DNA from: an uncultured Bacteroidales bacterium
GTDB lineage: Bacteria; Bacteroidota; Bacteroidia; Bacteroidales; UBA12077
Length of the DNA stretch: 39,018 bases
Reading direction: 5' to 3'
Assembly: GCA_964635605.1 (NCBI GenBank)
Contig: CAZWPU010000002.1
Location: 1-39,018 of the forward strand
The notes under the pieces are model-generated. The model was not told where the DNA came from and ran no database searches. It worked only from the letters and a program-made list of their open reading frames with translations. Both the position numbers and the translations under genes were made by a program. Shown here one piece after another: positions 9,249 to 19,680 of the stretch (position 1 is its first letter; the number at the start of each line of letters is the position of its first letter).

Positions 9249-10424
9249 TTAATGTTTAGATAACCATTTTTCCGGGTTTAATACTTTTGTTTCTTCATAT
9301 ACTCGTAAATGCAAAATTGAACTTTCTTCATCGTGCTGGTTATAATAAACATCACCAACATGATATCCTTTCGGGATAATGTCTCCTTTACGAACACGAA
9401 CATTAACCAAATTTGAATAAAGGGTTAAAAAATGGCCATGGCGAATGATAATGGCCATATTATTTCCAGGAACAGCAAACACCTGTGTTACCTCACCTTC
9501 GTAAATCGCTCTAACTTTTGAATCTTTTCGGGTACTAATATCAATGCCCTCATTATTAATTTTAATCCCTTTTAAAATAGGATGCTCAATTTCTCCAAAA
9601 GATCTTATTATTATTCCGTTATCAATAGGCCATGTAAGTTTTCCCATAGAATTTCGGAAACCTTCGGAGATAGCTTCTTCAGATGCGCTTAAAGTTGTTA
9701 GTTTTCTTCTTGCTGCTTCGCGGGCTATTATTTCGGCAATTTTCTTTTGTAAATCCTCTCTGATTTTCTCTTTTGTTTTTAGTTCCTTGCGTAATTGATT
9801 TTCTTTTGTTTTTAGCTGGGCAATTTCTCTGTTTTCACGAACTCTTTCATTTCTTAAATGATTTTTTTCCTTCTCTTTATTCGATAATAAATCTAATTTT
9901 TCGTTCTTTTTATCTTTTAACGATTCTATCTCGTATTCAAGGGTTTTTTGTGTGGCAAAAATCAAAGAGGCTTGTTTGCGACGATATTTTGCATATTGTT
10001 CAAAATATTTTATCCGACGATAAGCCTGATTAAAATCGTCTGAGGCAAGAATAAACATTAAACGATCGTAATTATTCCGGTTTTTATATGCAAAATAAAT
10101 CATTTTTGCGTATTCATTCTTCAGTTTATTTAAATCTGATTCTAATTGATTTATTCGTTTATTTTTATCTTCGATGTTTTTATCTAAATGATTATTCTCG
10201 TTGGTAATATCACGAATCAGTTGTTCTCTCAAACTAATTCGTTTTTTTATTATTAAAAGCTTATTTAACCCGGCGGATTTGGATTTTTGGGTTTGTTGCA
10301 ATAACTCGTTGGCGAGTTTAATTTCCTTTTCTGTTTTTTGTTTTCTTTGTTCTAGTTCCTGCCGGGTCTGACTAAAAGAAAATAAAGAAAAAAATAAAAA
10401 ATTGATAAGTAGGAAATATCTCAT
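9249..10424 (-). CDS. EnvC-like coiled-coil protein with a degenerate M23/LytM domain (murein hydrolase activator type)
   Basis: 391 aa. Signal peptide, about 230 aa of K/E/Q-rich coiled coil, then a C-terminal LytM-like domain (NEGIDIS...IIRHGHFLTLYSNL...ILHLRVYE). Confidence 0.8.
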   Translation of the reverse strand: MRYFLLINFLFFSLFSFSQTRQELEQRKQKTEKEIKLANELLQQTQKSKSAGLNKLLIIKKRISLREQLIRDITNENNHLDKNIEDKNKRINQLESDLNKLKNEYAKMIYFAYKNRNNYDRLMFILASDDFNQAYRRIKYFEQYAKYRRKQASLIFATQKTLEYEIESLKDKKNEKLDLLSNKEKEKNHLRNERVRENREIAQLKTKENQLRKELKTKEKIREDLQKKIAEIIAREAARRKLTTLSASEEAISEGFRNSMGKLTWPIDNGIIIRSFGEIEHPILKGIKINNEGIDISTRKDSKVRAIYEGEVTQVFAVPGNNMAIIIRHGHFLTLYSNLVNVRVRKGDIIPKGYHVGDVYYNQHDEESSILHLRVYEETKVLNPEKWLSKH

Positions 10425-10444
10425 AAGTAATTAACTTAAAATTG

Positions 10445-11239
10445 TTAAGGATTAATTCTGTGATACGACGAAGGAACGTTTAGCGTTATAACTACCGGTT
10501 CGAATCGTAAGGCAGAATAATTAATATCTACTTGCAAAGCTTCTTCTCCATTTTGAAAAATAATTGTCGACACATCCATTGGGAAAAATAACTTATCAAA
10601 TTTAGTATAGTTTGAATAATTAATGGAAATTTTCTGAGGTAATTTATGAAAATTTAAACCAACACCACGGATAAAAAATTGTTTATTATCTACTTGATAT
10701 TGAAATGTTAAATTGTTTGTTTCTTTTTGAAAATTATAAACTCCTTGCTCACTTTTATATTGTTTCCCTGGATAATGTACAGATTGAAAATACATTGAGT
10801 TAATATCAATCAAGGCATCTTGTAGAAGTTTATAATCTAAAGGAATATTATACATCGCTGCAATTACAGAATATCTGCCGGCTAAATAATTGCGATTTAT
10901 ACGGTCGATAAACTTTATTGAATCGGGTGTTATTAAGGCCCGGATAATTTCAATACCCAAAGAATTGGAAAGCGAAACGAGTATTGCGCTATCGGGTTTT
11001 ATTTTAAAATTTGCGCGTAACCTGTTGGTTTGTTCATGGGTATTAATTTTAATTTTTGCTCCATTAATAATTATCCCCTTTGCTGTATTACGATTTTTAG
11101 AAATATAATAATCAAGATCATCGGTGGAAATTACTGTTTCATTCTTAATTGTTGTGGATTTTCTACTTATATTGCATCCAGTTAACGCAAGAACAATAAA
11201 TACACAAAAAATAATTCTTAAGTTTTTAATCAAAAACAT
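10445..11239 (-). CDS. DUF4292-like lipoprotein
   Basis: 264 aa with a lipobox (VLALTGC). Conserved position between the TPR protein and the M23 protein. The start overlaps the upstream stop (TAATG). The family call is by resemblance only. Confidence 0.55.
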   Translation of the reverse strand: MFLIKNLRIIFCVFIVLALTGCNISRKSTTIKNETVISTDDLDYYISKNRNTAKGIIINGAKIKINTHEQTNRLRANFKIKPDSAILVSLSNSLGIEIIRALITPDSIKFIDRINRNYLAGRYSVIAAMYNIPLDYKLLQDALIDINSMYFQSVHYPGKQYKSEQGVYNFQKETNNLTFQYQVDNKQFFIRGVGLNFHKLPQKISINYSNYTKFDKLFFPMDVSTIIFQNGEEALQVDINYSALRFEPVVITLNVPSSYHRINP

Positions 11240-12972
11240 TATTTAATTTTGCCTGTTTTAATTTTTAATAATAAATATTTATCAGTGCTACCAAGGTCTC
11301 TGGCTAATTCCCATAATTTTATGGCTTTTTCTTTATTTCCAGTAAAATAGGAAATATCTCCATAATGTTCAACGATTTCGGGGTTTTCATAACCACCTAA
11401 ATCGTAGGCCTTTTGGATATAATAAAGTGCATCTTGATATTTTCTTCGTTTAAATAATATCCAGGCATACGTGTCAAGATAAGTGGAATTGGTTGGTTCG
11501 GCTTCAATCGTTTTACGGCTTAATTCTTCAGCATATTCAAGTTTATCCTCACGTAAAGAAAGGTAATAAGCATAATTATTAAGCACATATAAATCCGCTG
11601 AATCTTTTTTAATAACTAAATCAAAATAATAATCAGATTTGTCATATTCTTTTAATTCATTATACGTTTCACCTAAATACGTATAAAAATCATTTTCTAA
11701 ATTCGGGATGTTTTCCACGTAATTAAGCCCATTTTTTAATATGGCAAGGCTTTCTTTATATTTTTGAATTTGAATGCCGGAAATGCCTTTAAAAAGATAA
11801 AATATAGCGTGTTTAGGAAAACTATCTATAGCAGTACTCGAAACTGTATACAATGAATTAAATTTGCTCTGATAACTATAAATAGATAATAATTGCTCCC
11901 AAACAACGGGATTAACAGAAAATTCATCTACAATATTTCTTAACTCTATTTCAGCTTCTTCCAATTTATTCATTTTTATCAAATAATCAGCATATAAAGT
12001 ATGTGCTTCCTTTTTATCTTTATACACATCTTTCAATAAAAGTAAATGTTCTTCAATCTGTTGAAAATAGATATTTAATTCTTTAGGATTATGTAACATA
12101 GAAATAAAAACCATGGCTTTCGATTGAAAATCAATTTCTTGATTGTATATTACTTTTCGTATATATTTAAAAGCATTGTCATAATCTATCTTTTGGCGGT
12201 AAAAATCAATAACAGACAGTTGGCCTAATGCGTTGGAGCTATCAATTTCAAAAAGCTTTTGATAATTTTCATCAGCTATTGTAAATAAATTATCGTTGGT
12301 ATACATTTCAGCTAAAATCCCATAGTATTGTGGTTGATTGGGATAATGTTTGATTAAACGTTTAATTTCGTCGTAGGCTTTATTTTTTTGGCCTATTTGT
12401 TCATATAGACGCTGTTTTGTTAAAGAAAGTGTTTCATTAATTCCGGTTTTTTGTTCAATTTCATCATATAATTCTATGGCTTTAGAGAATTGATCGGTTT
12501 CACGGTATAACGCAGCTAAATTATAAGGAATTTCTAAATCTTTTTTATTCGTTTCATATAATTTATTATATACGATAATTGCATTATCGTACTGTTGTTC
12601 ATTAATATATAAACGTGCTAATTTTAATTGAAACCATTTATTGTGAGGCTCTGTTTCGGCTGCTTTTTTAGCATATTTTACAGCAGTCTCATTATTTCCA
12701 ATTATTTCATTTATCTGCGCGATTTCAGACATTGCAGCTGCACTTTGAGGATTTATTTCGAGGCTTTGATAAAAAAGTGCTAAAGCAGAATTTAAATCCC
12801 CTAAAAGTTTTTTACGATTGGCTTCGATAAATACATAATAATATTCTAATTCTTCATTATCGTCAAGCTCTTTGGTTATTTTTTTGATATCGGTTTTGGT
12901 TTGTTTTTGAACAGAACACGAAGCAGCAACTACCATCAAAGGAATTATAAATAATAATATTCTCGTTTTCAT
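11239..12972 (-). CDS. Tetratricopeptide-repeat lipoprotein
   Basis: Many TPR-like A/Y/L-patterned 34-aa repeats. I place the start at the ATG at 12972 (MKTRILLFIIPLMVVAASC, a lipoprotein signal). The ORF track allows an upstream ATG at 12996. Confidence 0.8.
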   Translation of the reverse strand: MKTRILLFIIPLMVVAASCSVQKQTKTDIKKITKELDDNEELEYYYVFIEANRKKLLGDLNSALALFYQSLEINPQSAAAMSEIAQINEIIGNNETAVKYAKKAAETEPHNKWFQLKLARLYINEQQYDNAIIVYNKLYETNKKDLEIPYNLAALYRETDQFSKAIELYDEIEQKTGINETLSLTKQRLYEQIGQKNKAYDEIKRLIKHYPNQPQYYGILAEMYTNDNLFTIADENYQKLFEIDSSNALGQLSVIDFYRQKIDYDNAFKYIRKVIYNQEIDFQSKAMVFISMLHNPKELNIYFQQIEEHLLLLKDVYKDKKEAHTLYADYLIKMNKLEEAEIELRNIVDEFSVNPVVWEQLLSIYSYQSKFNSLYTVSSTAIDSFPKHAIFYLFKGISGIQIQKYKESLAILKNGLNYVENIPNLENDFYTYLGETYNELKEYDKSDYYFDLVIKKDSADLYVLNNYAYYLSLREDKLEYAEELSRKTIEAEPTNSTYLDTYAWILFKRRKYQDALYYIQKAYDLGGYENPEIVEHYGDISYFTGNKEKAIKLWELARDLGSTDKYLLLKIKTGKIK

Positions 12973-13072
12973 CAACATAAAATTTAATATATCCACCAGT
13001 TATAAACTAACACAAAAACGGAGTTATAGTTTACAAATTGTACGTTTAACAATTATTAAGAAATAGAACAAA

Positions 13073-13507
13073 CTATTTTACTCCAGTGCTTCCAAAACCT
13101 CCTGCACCTCTATCGGTTTGATTAAGCACTTGAACTTCATTAAATATAGCTTGTTCGTGTTTCGAAATAATCATTTGGCAAATTCTTTCTCCTGGTTCTA
13201 TGGTTACTTTTTCGTTAGATAAGTTGATTAATATTACACCAATTTCACCCCTGTAATCTGCATCAATAGTTCCCGGGCTATTTAATACTGTGAGTCCTTT
13301 TTTTAAGGCCAACCCACTGCGAGGTCTTATTTGGGCTTCAAACCCCACGGGTAACTCAATAAATAAGCCAGTGGGTATTAATTTTCTCTCTAACGGGTTT
13401 AAAGTGTTAGGTTTTTCTAAATTAGCACGCAAATCCAACCCTGCAGAATGATCTGTACTATAGGCCGGAATGGGATTGGTTGATTTGTTAACAATATTAA
13501 TCTTCAT
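13073..13507 (-). CDS. dut: dUTP diphosphatase
   Basis: Motifs [22 protein letters not shown] and GFGSTG. The start at ATG 13507 (MKINIV...) gives 144 aa and overlaps the upstream flippase-like gene by 11 nt. The ORF track's 13555 start adds an unlikely 16-aa leader. Confidence 0.93.
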   Translation of the reverse strand: MKINIVNKSTNPIPAYSTDHSAGLDLRANLEKPNTLNPLERKLIPTGLFIELPVGFEAQIRPRSGLALKKGLTVLNSPGTIDADYRGEIGVILINLSNEKVTIEPGERICQMIISKHEQAIFNEVQVLNQTDRGAGGFGSTGVK

Positions 13508-14960
13508 AAATAAATGATTTTTTTTCTTTGATAAAGGCAAATCCTGCAAAAGCAAGAATTAAAATAGAAACACTAATATAATAAATGGTTTGATTATAAA
13601 ATATATCTAAACGACTCATAAAAAATAATCCTAATGCTATAATAACATACAAACTTATTTTTTTAAGTTCATATTTTATGGGATAATACTTGCGGCTAAG
13701 ATAATAGGAAATTATAAGCATTACGATATAACTTGCCAAACTGGCTAATGCTGAACCATAATAGCCAATTCGGGGTATTAAAATAATATTGGCAAAAATT
13801 GTAATAGCTGCGCCAGTTCCTGCAATTAAAACACCAAACTTTGTTCTATCGGTAACTTTATACCAAATAGATAAATTAAATAAAATACCGAACAAAAGCT
13901 TCGCAAAAAGTAAAATAGGAACAACTTTTAAACCTTCCCAAAATTCTTTATTGATAAAGTGTTTTAGAATATCTATATAAAAGTTAACCCCTAAGAAAAT
14001 TAGTAAACCAAAAATGATAAAATAGGTCATTATTTTCCCATACAGTTTTTGAGCATCGAGGCTTTCTGCGCTTTTAAAAAAGAATGGTTCTGCCGCATAC
14101 CGATACATTTGGATAAATAATACCATTAAAATGGAAAGCTTAAAATTGGCTCCATAAATACCCAACTGCTCAACAGGATTTGGATCATTAATTAATTTTG
14201 GGATAAGGAGTTTGTCAATATTGTCATTAAGCATTCCAGCCAAACCAATAAATAAAATAGGGTAAGAATAGTTTAGCAATCGTTTTAAAAGCGAAAAATC
14301 AAAATGTAATTTTACTTTGAAAATTTCGGGAATTAAAATTACAAAAGTCACAGCACTGCTAACAAAATTAGCAATTAACACATATTCCAGGACCAAGTCA
14401 GGATTATAAATATGAGCTAAAAAATTATCTGCTCCTGCCTGATAAAATTTACGGCAAGCATAAAGGTAAAATAAATTTAAAAAGATATTAATGGCAATGC
14501 CTGCAACCTTAATAATCATAAACTTAACAGGCCTTTCATCAATTCGTAGTTTTGCAAAAGGAATAGCATTAATTACATCAAAAGATATGATTAAAATAAA
14601 ATAAATTACAATACGGTAATTATCTATAGCAAAATAATCAACCCATTGCTGTTTAAATATAAGAGATAAAACTAAAAAAATGGAAGTAGTGAAAAATATA
14701 GAATATAAACTTGTTCCAAGTACAGAATTGTATTTTTCCTCCTTTTTACTGGCAAATCGGAAAAAACCGGTTTCTAAACCATAGGTTAATAAAACCAACA
14801 AAATAGCTGTACTACTGTAAATATAGGTTAACTTTCCATAAAAAAATTTTCCTAAAACGAGGGTATGCAGAGGGACTAATAAATAATTTAAAAAACGGGC
14901 AAGCATATTGCTTAATCCGTAAATTAATGTTTGTCCTGCTAATTTTTTTATCTGATTCAA
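13497..14960 (-). CDS. MOP-superfamily polysaccharide/oligosaccharide flippase (Wzx/MurJ-like)
   Basis: 487 aa, about 12-14 predicted TM helices, N-terminus ...[24 protein letters not shown]... typical of polysaccharide biosynthesis (Polysacc_synt) proteins. Confidence 0.75.
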   Translation of the reverse strand: MNQIKKLAGQTLIYGLSNMLARFLNYLLVPLHTLVLGKFFYGKLTYIYSSTAILLVLLTYGLETGFFRFASKKEEKYNSVLGTSLYSIFFTTSIFLVLSLIFKQQWVDYFAIDNYRIVIYFILIISFDVINAIPFAKLRIDERPVKFMIIKVAGIAINIFLNLFYLYACRKFYQAGADNFLAHIYNPDLVLEYVLIANFVSSAVTFVILIPEIFKVKLHFDFSLLKRLLNYSYPILFIGLAGMLNDNIDKLLIPKLINDPNPVEQLGIYGANFKLSILMVLFIQMYRYAAEPFFFKSAESLDAQKLYGKIMTYFIIFGLLIFLGVNFYIDILKHFINKEFWEGLKVVPILLFAKLLFGILFNLSIWYKVTDRTKFGVLIAGTGAAITIFANIILIPRIGYYGSALASLASYIVMLIISYYLSRKYYPIKYELKKISLYVIIALGLFFMSRLDIFYNQTIYYISVSILILAFAGFAFIKEKKSFIYED

Positions 14961-14974
14961 TGTTTATAATTTAT

Positions 14975-17269
14975 TTATTCGTAGCCTCGTTTATTAAACA
15001 ACAAATAACCAAAATTAAACACAAAGTAAAACTTCTTATCTTTTTTATCATAATAATTTAAGCTTAAACTTGCTGGCCCAAATAAAGTATGATAAACCAA
15101 TGAAGTGGATGCCATATAATTGATATGTGAAAACTCATTCGCGTATTCCGCTTGTTTGTTTACACCGCTTATAATTTTTCGATAAGGCATCATGGCATAA
15201 AATTCAGCGCGGAAATGAAAATTATCAGAAATTTTAAGAATCGGTTTTACCCCTATGGCCAAATAGTTATGTGCTCTGTAATTTTCCAAAAACATTGTTT
15301 TACTGTGTGGATTGGGTTGAAAAGTATTAGCATTAAGCATTGTTGACGTATAATTACTGAAAAAACTCATATTGGAAAATGATCCCTCAACTAAATAACC
15401 TATATTAAAATACTTTCCAAGGGTGAAATAATGGTCTCTTAAAAATTGTATATTGTACCATTTATGATCCTTTTCAATTTCATTTTCAATTTGTGAGGTC
15501 GATCCGGGAATAAAATTTTCATTTCCTTTAAGATAATTTAAACTTACGATTTGATTTACCCCTTGAGTAGGATATTGTTTGTGGTTGTGATTATTTTTTT
15601 CCAAATTTATTTTAAAATTAAAATAATCAAAATCAGTCACATCATTGGTATCTGCTTTAAAAAATTCCATAGTTTGATAATATTCATCATTAATAGAACC
15701 ATAAGAAAACTGTGCCTTAAATAAAGAATTTGTAGTAACAGGTACTAACATTGATAACTTTAAATTATTTTCATTTTGGATAAGATAAGGTGGACGTACA
15801 TCCTCAAAAAATGGTTCAGAGCTGCTGCTATAAAAATCCCATCGATTCATTGTAAACGAACCAATAAAAGCAACCGGTATTTTGGAAGGAAAATCTGCTC
15901 GTGCTTGAACCATTACAGAACTGTATAACCGACCAAAATAAATATTTGCATAAGCTGAGCGAGAAATTTTACCTAACTGATTATATTGTAAACTTCCAAA
16001 ACCATGATTAATGGAACTGGACGATATATTGGCACCAATTCGCGCAATAAATCTACTCTCTTCACTAACTTTCATCTTTAATCGAAAAAATTCACTTTTT
16101 TTATCGTAAAATGCTTCAGGATAAATAGAAGAAATAGTGCCATCCGCTAAAAGTTTAAAATATGTTTCTTTTAATTCATCAATGGTAAAAACAGAATCAC
16201 GGTGGAAAATGCTTTTTTTCACATAATCTTTTTCTTTGCTGTTTAATCCATCTATCACAACATCTTTAAACAATAATGGTGGAAGTTTTGATTTATACTG
16301 ATCTCTTCTTTGCATTAATTTTATAGTATCTCTGCGAATTGGAATCAACCTTTTAATGCTGTCGATCATTTCATAGGTTTTATCATACCCTTTTTGGATA
16401 ATATTCGCAGCTTTATCAAAATCAAGCAATTTCACATTTACAAATTTCGATTCTATTAAAATACCATTATCAGGAAGATCATAATCGACCTTTTCCATCA
16501 ACATATTTTCTAATTGTACAACTACATTATCGGGTTCGGGTTTAGGAGAATTATCTGCGGTTTTGCTTCCTATAATATAATCTGGAGCATAATCATTTTT
16601 CATCACATCGTATGGAAAATTATTTTTCATTCCGCCATCAAAATATAAAACACGATCTATTTCAATGGGTTTAAAATAAAAGGGGAAGGTCATAGAAGCA
16701 CGTATAGCTGAACCTAAATTACCCTTTCTAAAAATTTTGGCTTTATTATTATAGATATCAGTACCCACACAGCGAAAAGGAACAAATAAACTATCAAAAT
16801 TGTAATTTGCGGCAGCATTCGCCGGGCTAAAAATCTGCATTGCAGCAAAATCCATCTGATGTGTAGGGACTAAATTTGTGGGTAGTTCGGCTTTTGCTGT
16901 AGAATCTTTGATACGGATTTTAATATTTACCATATCAGCAGCAACTGGTGATTTTTTAAAATAATAAACAAAATCCTGCTCAATGTAACCATAGGCCCAA
17001 TTTCGAAATTCAGCAGATAAAACCAACTGTTCCATTTCTTCGGGAGAATAACCAATAGCATATAAACCTCCTACAATAGCACCCATAGAAGTTCCGGCTA
17101 CATAATCAATAGGGATATTGTTTTCTTCTAATGCTTTTATAACACCAATATGTGCTAATCCTTTGGCACCACCTCCACTCAACACCAATCCCACCTTTTT
17201 TTCTTGCGAAAAAGAATAAATATACAGAAAACAAAAAAACAGTATGATGAACAAATTTTTGGTTTTCAT
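14975..17269 (-). CDS. Patatin-like phospholipase fused to a C-terminal Omp85/BamA-like beta-barrel
   Basis: 764 aa. Signal peptide, oxyanion motif GLVLSGGGAKG, nucleophile elbow GTSMGA and catalytic Asp in FDGG. The C-terminal ~350 aa have alternating aromatic/hydrophilic beta-strand patterning. Confidence 0.85.
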   Translation of the reverse strand: MKTKNLFIILFFCFLYIYSFSQEKKVGLVLSGGGAKGLAHIGVIKALEENNIPIDYVAGTSMGAIVGGLYAIGYSPEEMEQLVLSAEFRNWAYGYIEQDFVYYFKKSPVAADMVNIKIRIKDSTAKAELPTNLVPTHQMDFAAMQIFSPANAAANYNFDSLFVPFRCVGTDIYNNKAKIFRKGNLGSAIRASMTFPFYFKPIEIDRVLYFDGGMKNNFPYDVMKNDYAPDYIIGSKTADNSPKPEPDNVVVQLENMLMEKVDYDLPDNGILIESKFVNVKLLDFDKAANIIQKGYDKTYEMIDSIKRLIPIRRDTIKLMQRRDQYKSKLPPLLFKDVVIDGLNSKEKDYVKKSIFHRDSVFTIDELKETYFKLLADGTISSIYPEAFYDKKSEFFRLKMKVSEESRFIARIGANISSSSINHGFGSLQYNQLGKISRSAYANIYFGRLYSSVMVQARADFPSKIPVAFIGSFTMNRWDFYSSSSEPFFEDVRPPYLIQNENNLKLSMLVPVTTNSLFKAQFSYGSINDEYYQTMEFFKADTNDVTDFDYFNFKINLEKNNHNHKQYPTQGVNQIVSLNYLKGNENFIPGSTSQIENEIEKDHKWYNIQFLRDHYFTLGKYFNIGYLVEGSFSNMSFFSNYTSTMLNANTFQPNPHSKTMFLENYRAHNYLAIGVKPILKISDNFHFRAEFYAMMPYRKIISGVNKQAEYANEFSHINYMASTSLVYHTLFGPASLSLNYYDKKDKKFYFVFNFGYLLFNKRGYE

Positions 17270-17300
17270 TATGATTATTTTAATTCTAATGAAATGTTGC

Positions 17301-17308
17301 TATTTTTG
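17301..17308 (+). promoter_or_regulatory. Candidate Bacteroidota sigma-A -7 box (TATTTTTG) for the PPIase/pheS unit
   Basis: Matches the TAnnTTTG consensus, 28 nt upstream of the ATG at 17336. I found no convincing -33 TTTG. Confidence 0.3.
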
Positions 17309-17335
17309 CTATTTAAATTAAAGGACTAAATTACG

Positions 17336-18145
17336 ATGAAAAAAATATTTATAATTATTTTTTCGGTTATTTTATTTTTAAATGGTTGTGATATACCTAT
17401 AAAAAAAGAAAAAAAAGCCGAACTGTATAAAATTGAGACCGAATATGGTGATATGATTTTTAAATTACATGACCAAACCCCGTTGCATAAAAAAAATTTT
17501 AAAAAACTCATAGAACAAAATTATTTTGATGGATTACTTTTTCACCGTGTTATTAAAGATTTTATGATACAGGGTGGAGATCCTGACTCGCGTAATGCAA
17601 AACCCGGAGAAATGCTTGGAAACGGAGGCCCTGGTTATACAATTCCCGCTGAATTTGTGGATACTATTTTTCATAAAAAAGGAGTTATTGCAGCAGCACG
17701 CGAAGGAGATGATGTAAATCCGGAAATGCGCTCGGCAGGATCTCAGTTTTATATTGTACAGGGCAAAGTTTTTAGTGACGAAGATATCAAAAAGGTTGAA
17801 AACCGAATAAACGCCTCGCGATTAAATAAGTTAATTACAAAATATATAAAAGAAGCCGAAGAAAAAGCATACGAAACAGGCGTTACTATCGATTACCAGG
17901 TTATTGTAAGAGAAGCCAGAAAAAAAGCAGAAAAGCAATTTAAAAAAAAAGGTATGTGCAAAATTCCTAAGGATAAACGAAAAATTTATCAAACCATTGG
18001 CGGAACACCTCATCTTGATGGAGCCTACACTGTTTTTGGCGAAGTAATCGAAGGGCTTGAAGTAATCGATAAAATTGCTGCTGTTGAAACCGATGAAAAC
18101 GACCAACCATTGAAAGATATCAAAATGACAATTAAAAAATTATAA
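17336..18145 (+). CDS. Cyclophilin-type peptidyl-prolyl cis-trans isomerase, lipoprotein
   Basis: 269 aa. Lipobox LFLNGC; cyclophilin motifs FHRVIKDFMIQGGDP, GSQFYIV and AYTVFGEVIEGLEVIDKI. Confidence 0.9.
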   Translation: MKKIFIIIFSVILFLNGCDIPIKKEKKAELYKIETEYGDMIFKLHDQTPLHKKNFKKLIEQNYFDGLLFHRVIKDFMIQGGDPDSRNAKPGEMLGNGGPGYTIPAEFVDTIFHKKGVIAAAREGDDVNPEMRSAGSQFYIVQGKVFSDEDIKKVENRINASRLNKLITKYIKEAEEKAYETGVTIDYQVIVREARKKAEKQFKKKGMCKIPKDKRKIYQTIGGTPHLDGAYTVFGEVIEGLEVIDKIAAVETDENDQPLKDIKMTIKKL

Positions 18146-18154
18146 CCTATAAAT

Positions 18155-19177
18155 ATGATGATTGATAAGATTAATAAATATCTTGAAGAAAGCAAATCGT
18201 TTATTGCAGATAACCTCGAAGAGATAGAAGCGTTTCGGATAAAATATCTTGGCAAAAAAGGAATAATTAATGATTTGTTTGCAGAATTCAAAAATGTTCC
18301 ACGTGAAAACAAAAAAGAGGTAGGACAAAAATTAAATGAACTAAAAATTTCGCTACAAGAAAAAATTAATGCGCTTAAAAATGCCCTGGAAGAAAAATCT
18401 TATAGTCATTCGGATATAGATTTAAGCTTACCCGGCGATCCCATCCATATGGGCACCCGTCATCCCTTATCTATTGTACGAAACAAAATTATTGACATTT
18501 TTAAGCGATTAGGATTTACCATTTCCGAAGGGCCTGAAATTGAAGACGATTGGCATGTATTCTCTGCATTAAATTTTCCGGAAGAACATCCTGCCCGGGA
18601 TATGCAGGACACGTTCTTTATTGAAAAAAATCCTGATATTTTATTACGTACACACACTTCCTCCGTTCAGGTTCGCGTGATGGAAAATTCACAACCACCT
18701 ATTCGAACTATTTCGCCTGGCCGCGTTTTTAGAAACGAAGCCATTAGTGCTCGTGCACATTGCATATTTCACCAGGTAGAAGGATTATATATTGATGAAA
18801 ATGTATCGTTTGCCGATCTAAAGCAAACATTACTATATTTTGCTAAAGAGATGTTTGGCGAACAAACCGAAATAAGATTACGACCCTCCTATTTTCCATT
18901 TACCGAGCCCTCGGCAGAAATGGATGTTGCCTGTAATATTTGCCATGGTAAAGGATGTAATGTTTGTAAATACACAGGATGGCTGGAAATTTTAGGCTGC
19001 GGAATGGTAGATCCTAACGTTCTTGAGAGTTGTACTATTGATAGTAAAAAGTATACTGGTTTTGCTTTCGGCATGGGCATTGAGCGAATTGCCATGTTAA
19101 AATACGGAATAAATGATCTTCGCTTGTATTTTGAAAATGGTGTGCGATTTTTAAATCAATTTAAATCGGCGAATTAA
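18155..19177 (+). CDS. pheS: Phenylalanine--tRNA ligase alpha subunit
   Basis: 340 aa. Class II aaRS motifs (HPL..., RTHTSSVQVR, FRNEAISARAH, GFAFGMGIERIAML). Confidence 0.95.
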   Translation: MMIDKINKYLEESKSFIADNLEEIEAFRIKYLGKKGIINDLFAEFKNVPRENKKEVGQKLNELKISLQEKINALKNALEEKSYSHSDIDLSLPGDPIHMGTRHPLSIVRNKIIDIFKRLGFTISEGPEIEDDWHVFSALNFPEEHPARDMQDTFFIEKNPDILLRTHTSSVQVRVMENSQPPIRTISPGRVFRNEAISARAHCIFHQVEGLYIDENVSFADLKQTLLYFAKEMFGEQTEIRLRPSYFPFTEPSAEMDVACNICHGKGCNVCKYTGWLEILGCGMVDPNVLESCTIDSKKYTGFAFGMGIERIAMLKYGINDLRLYFENGVRFLNQFKSAN

Positions 19178-19206
19178 CATTATTCATAAATTTTAAAATA
19201 AACAAA

Positions 19207-19243
19207 AAACCCTGCTCGATTAAAACGGCAGGGTTTCTTTTTT
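19207..19243 (+). terminator. Rho-independent terminator after pheS (bidirectional; also downstream of the convergent OsmC gene)
   Basis: 9-bp perfect stem AAACCCTGC (19207-19215) / GCAGGGTTT (19228-19236) with a 12-nt loop. A T-run follows at 19238-19243 and an A-run precedes it. Confidence 0.75.
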
Positions 19244-19257
19244 ATAATTTTTCTATT

Positions 19258-19680
19258 TTACTTTTCGGTGTTAATCTGTATCTCTGTACTCATTTTTATA
19301 TACTTTCGATAAACAAAACTAACACCACAATATCTCTCTTCCGATAAATTAACCGCTTTATTAATTTTATCTTCAGGCAAATCATTACCCCAAAATTTAT
19401 AAATTATTTTCATCTCATCGTAATGTTTAGGATGCTCGTCGGTATTATTCGCAACCACTTCAACATTAAAGTCATCTAATTCAACACGCATTTTTCTTAA
19501 AATCGAAACAACATCCATTCCGGTACAACCTGCTAAAGCTAATAACATAAGCGGTTTTGGCCTTGGGCCAAGGTCATTACCACCAACAGCATCATCAGCA
19601 TCAACAACTATTTTATGGCCATCTAGTTCGGTCTCAAAGGCCATTCCTTTTTTCCAATTTAAATTTAATGAAGTTTTCAT
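19258..19680 (-). CDS. OsmC/Ohr-family (peroxiredoxin-like) protein
   Basis: 140 aa. Two conserved Cys contexts (LAGCTGMDV and ERYCGV) typical of the OsmC family. Confidence 0.85.
   Translation of the reverse strand: MKTSLNLNWKKGMAFETELDGHKIVVDADDAVGGNDLGPRPKPLMLLALAGCTGMDVVSILRKMRVELDDFNVEVVANNTDEHPKHYDEMKIIYKFWGNDLPEDKINKAVNLSEERYCGVSFVYRKYIKMSTEIQINTEK

Noticed and set aside
12997-13072. Terminator hairpin between dut and the TPR gene (TAAACTA ... TAGTTTA)
   Set aside because: The stem is 7 bp, all A/U, with a ~17-nt loop and no U-tract. It is too weak to call.
14975-17269. Patatin as an effector of an anti-phage (CBASS-like) defence system
   Set aside because: There is no cyclase, sensor or other defence gene nearby. 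The protein has a signal peptide and an outer-membrane barrel, which fits an envelope lipase and not a cytoplasmic abortive-infection effector.
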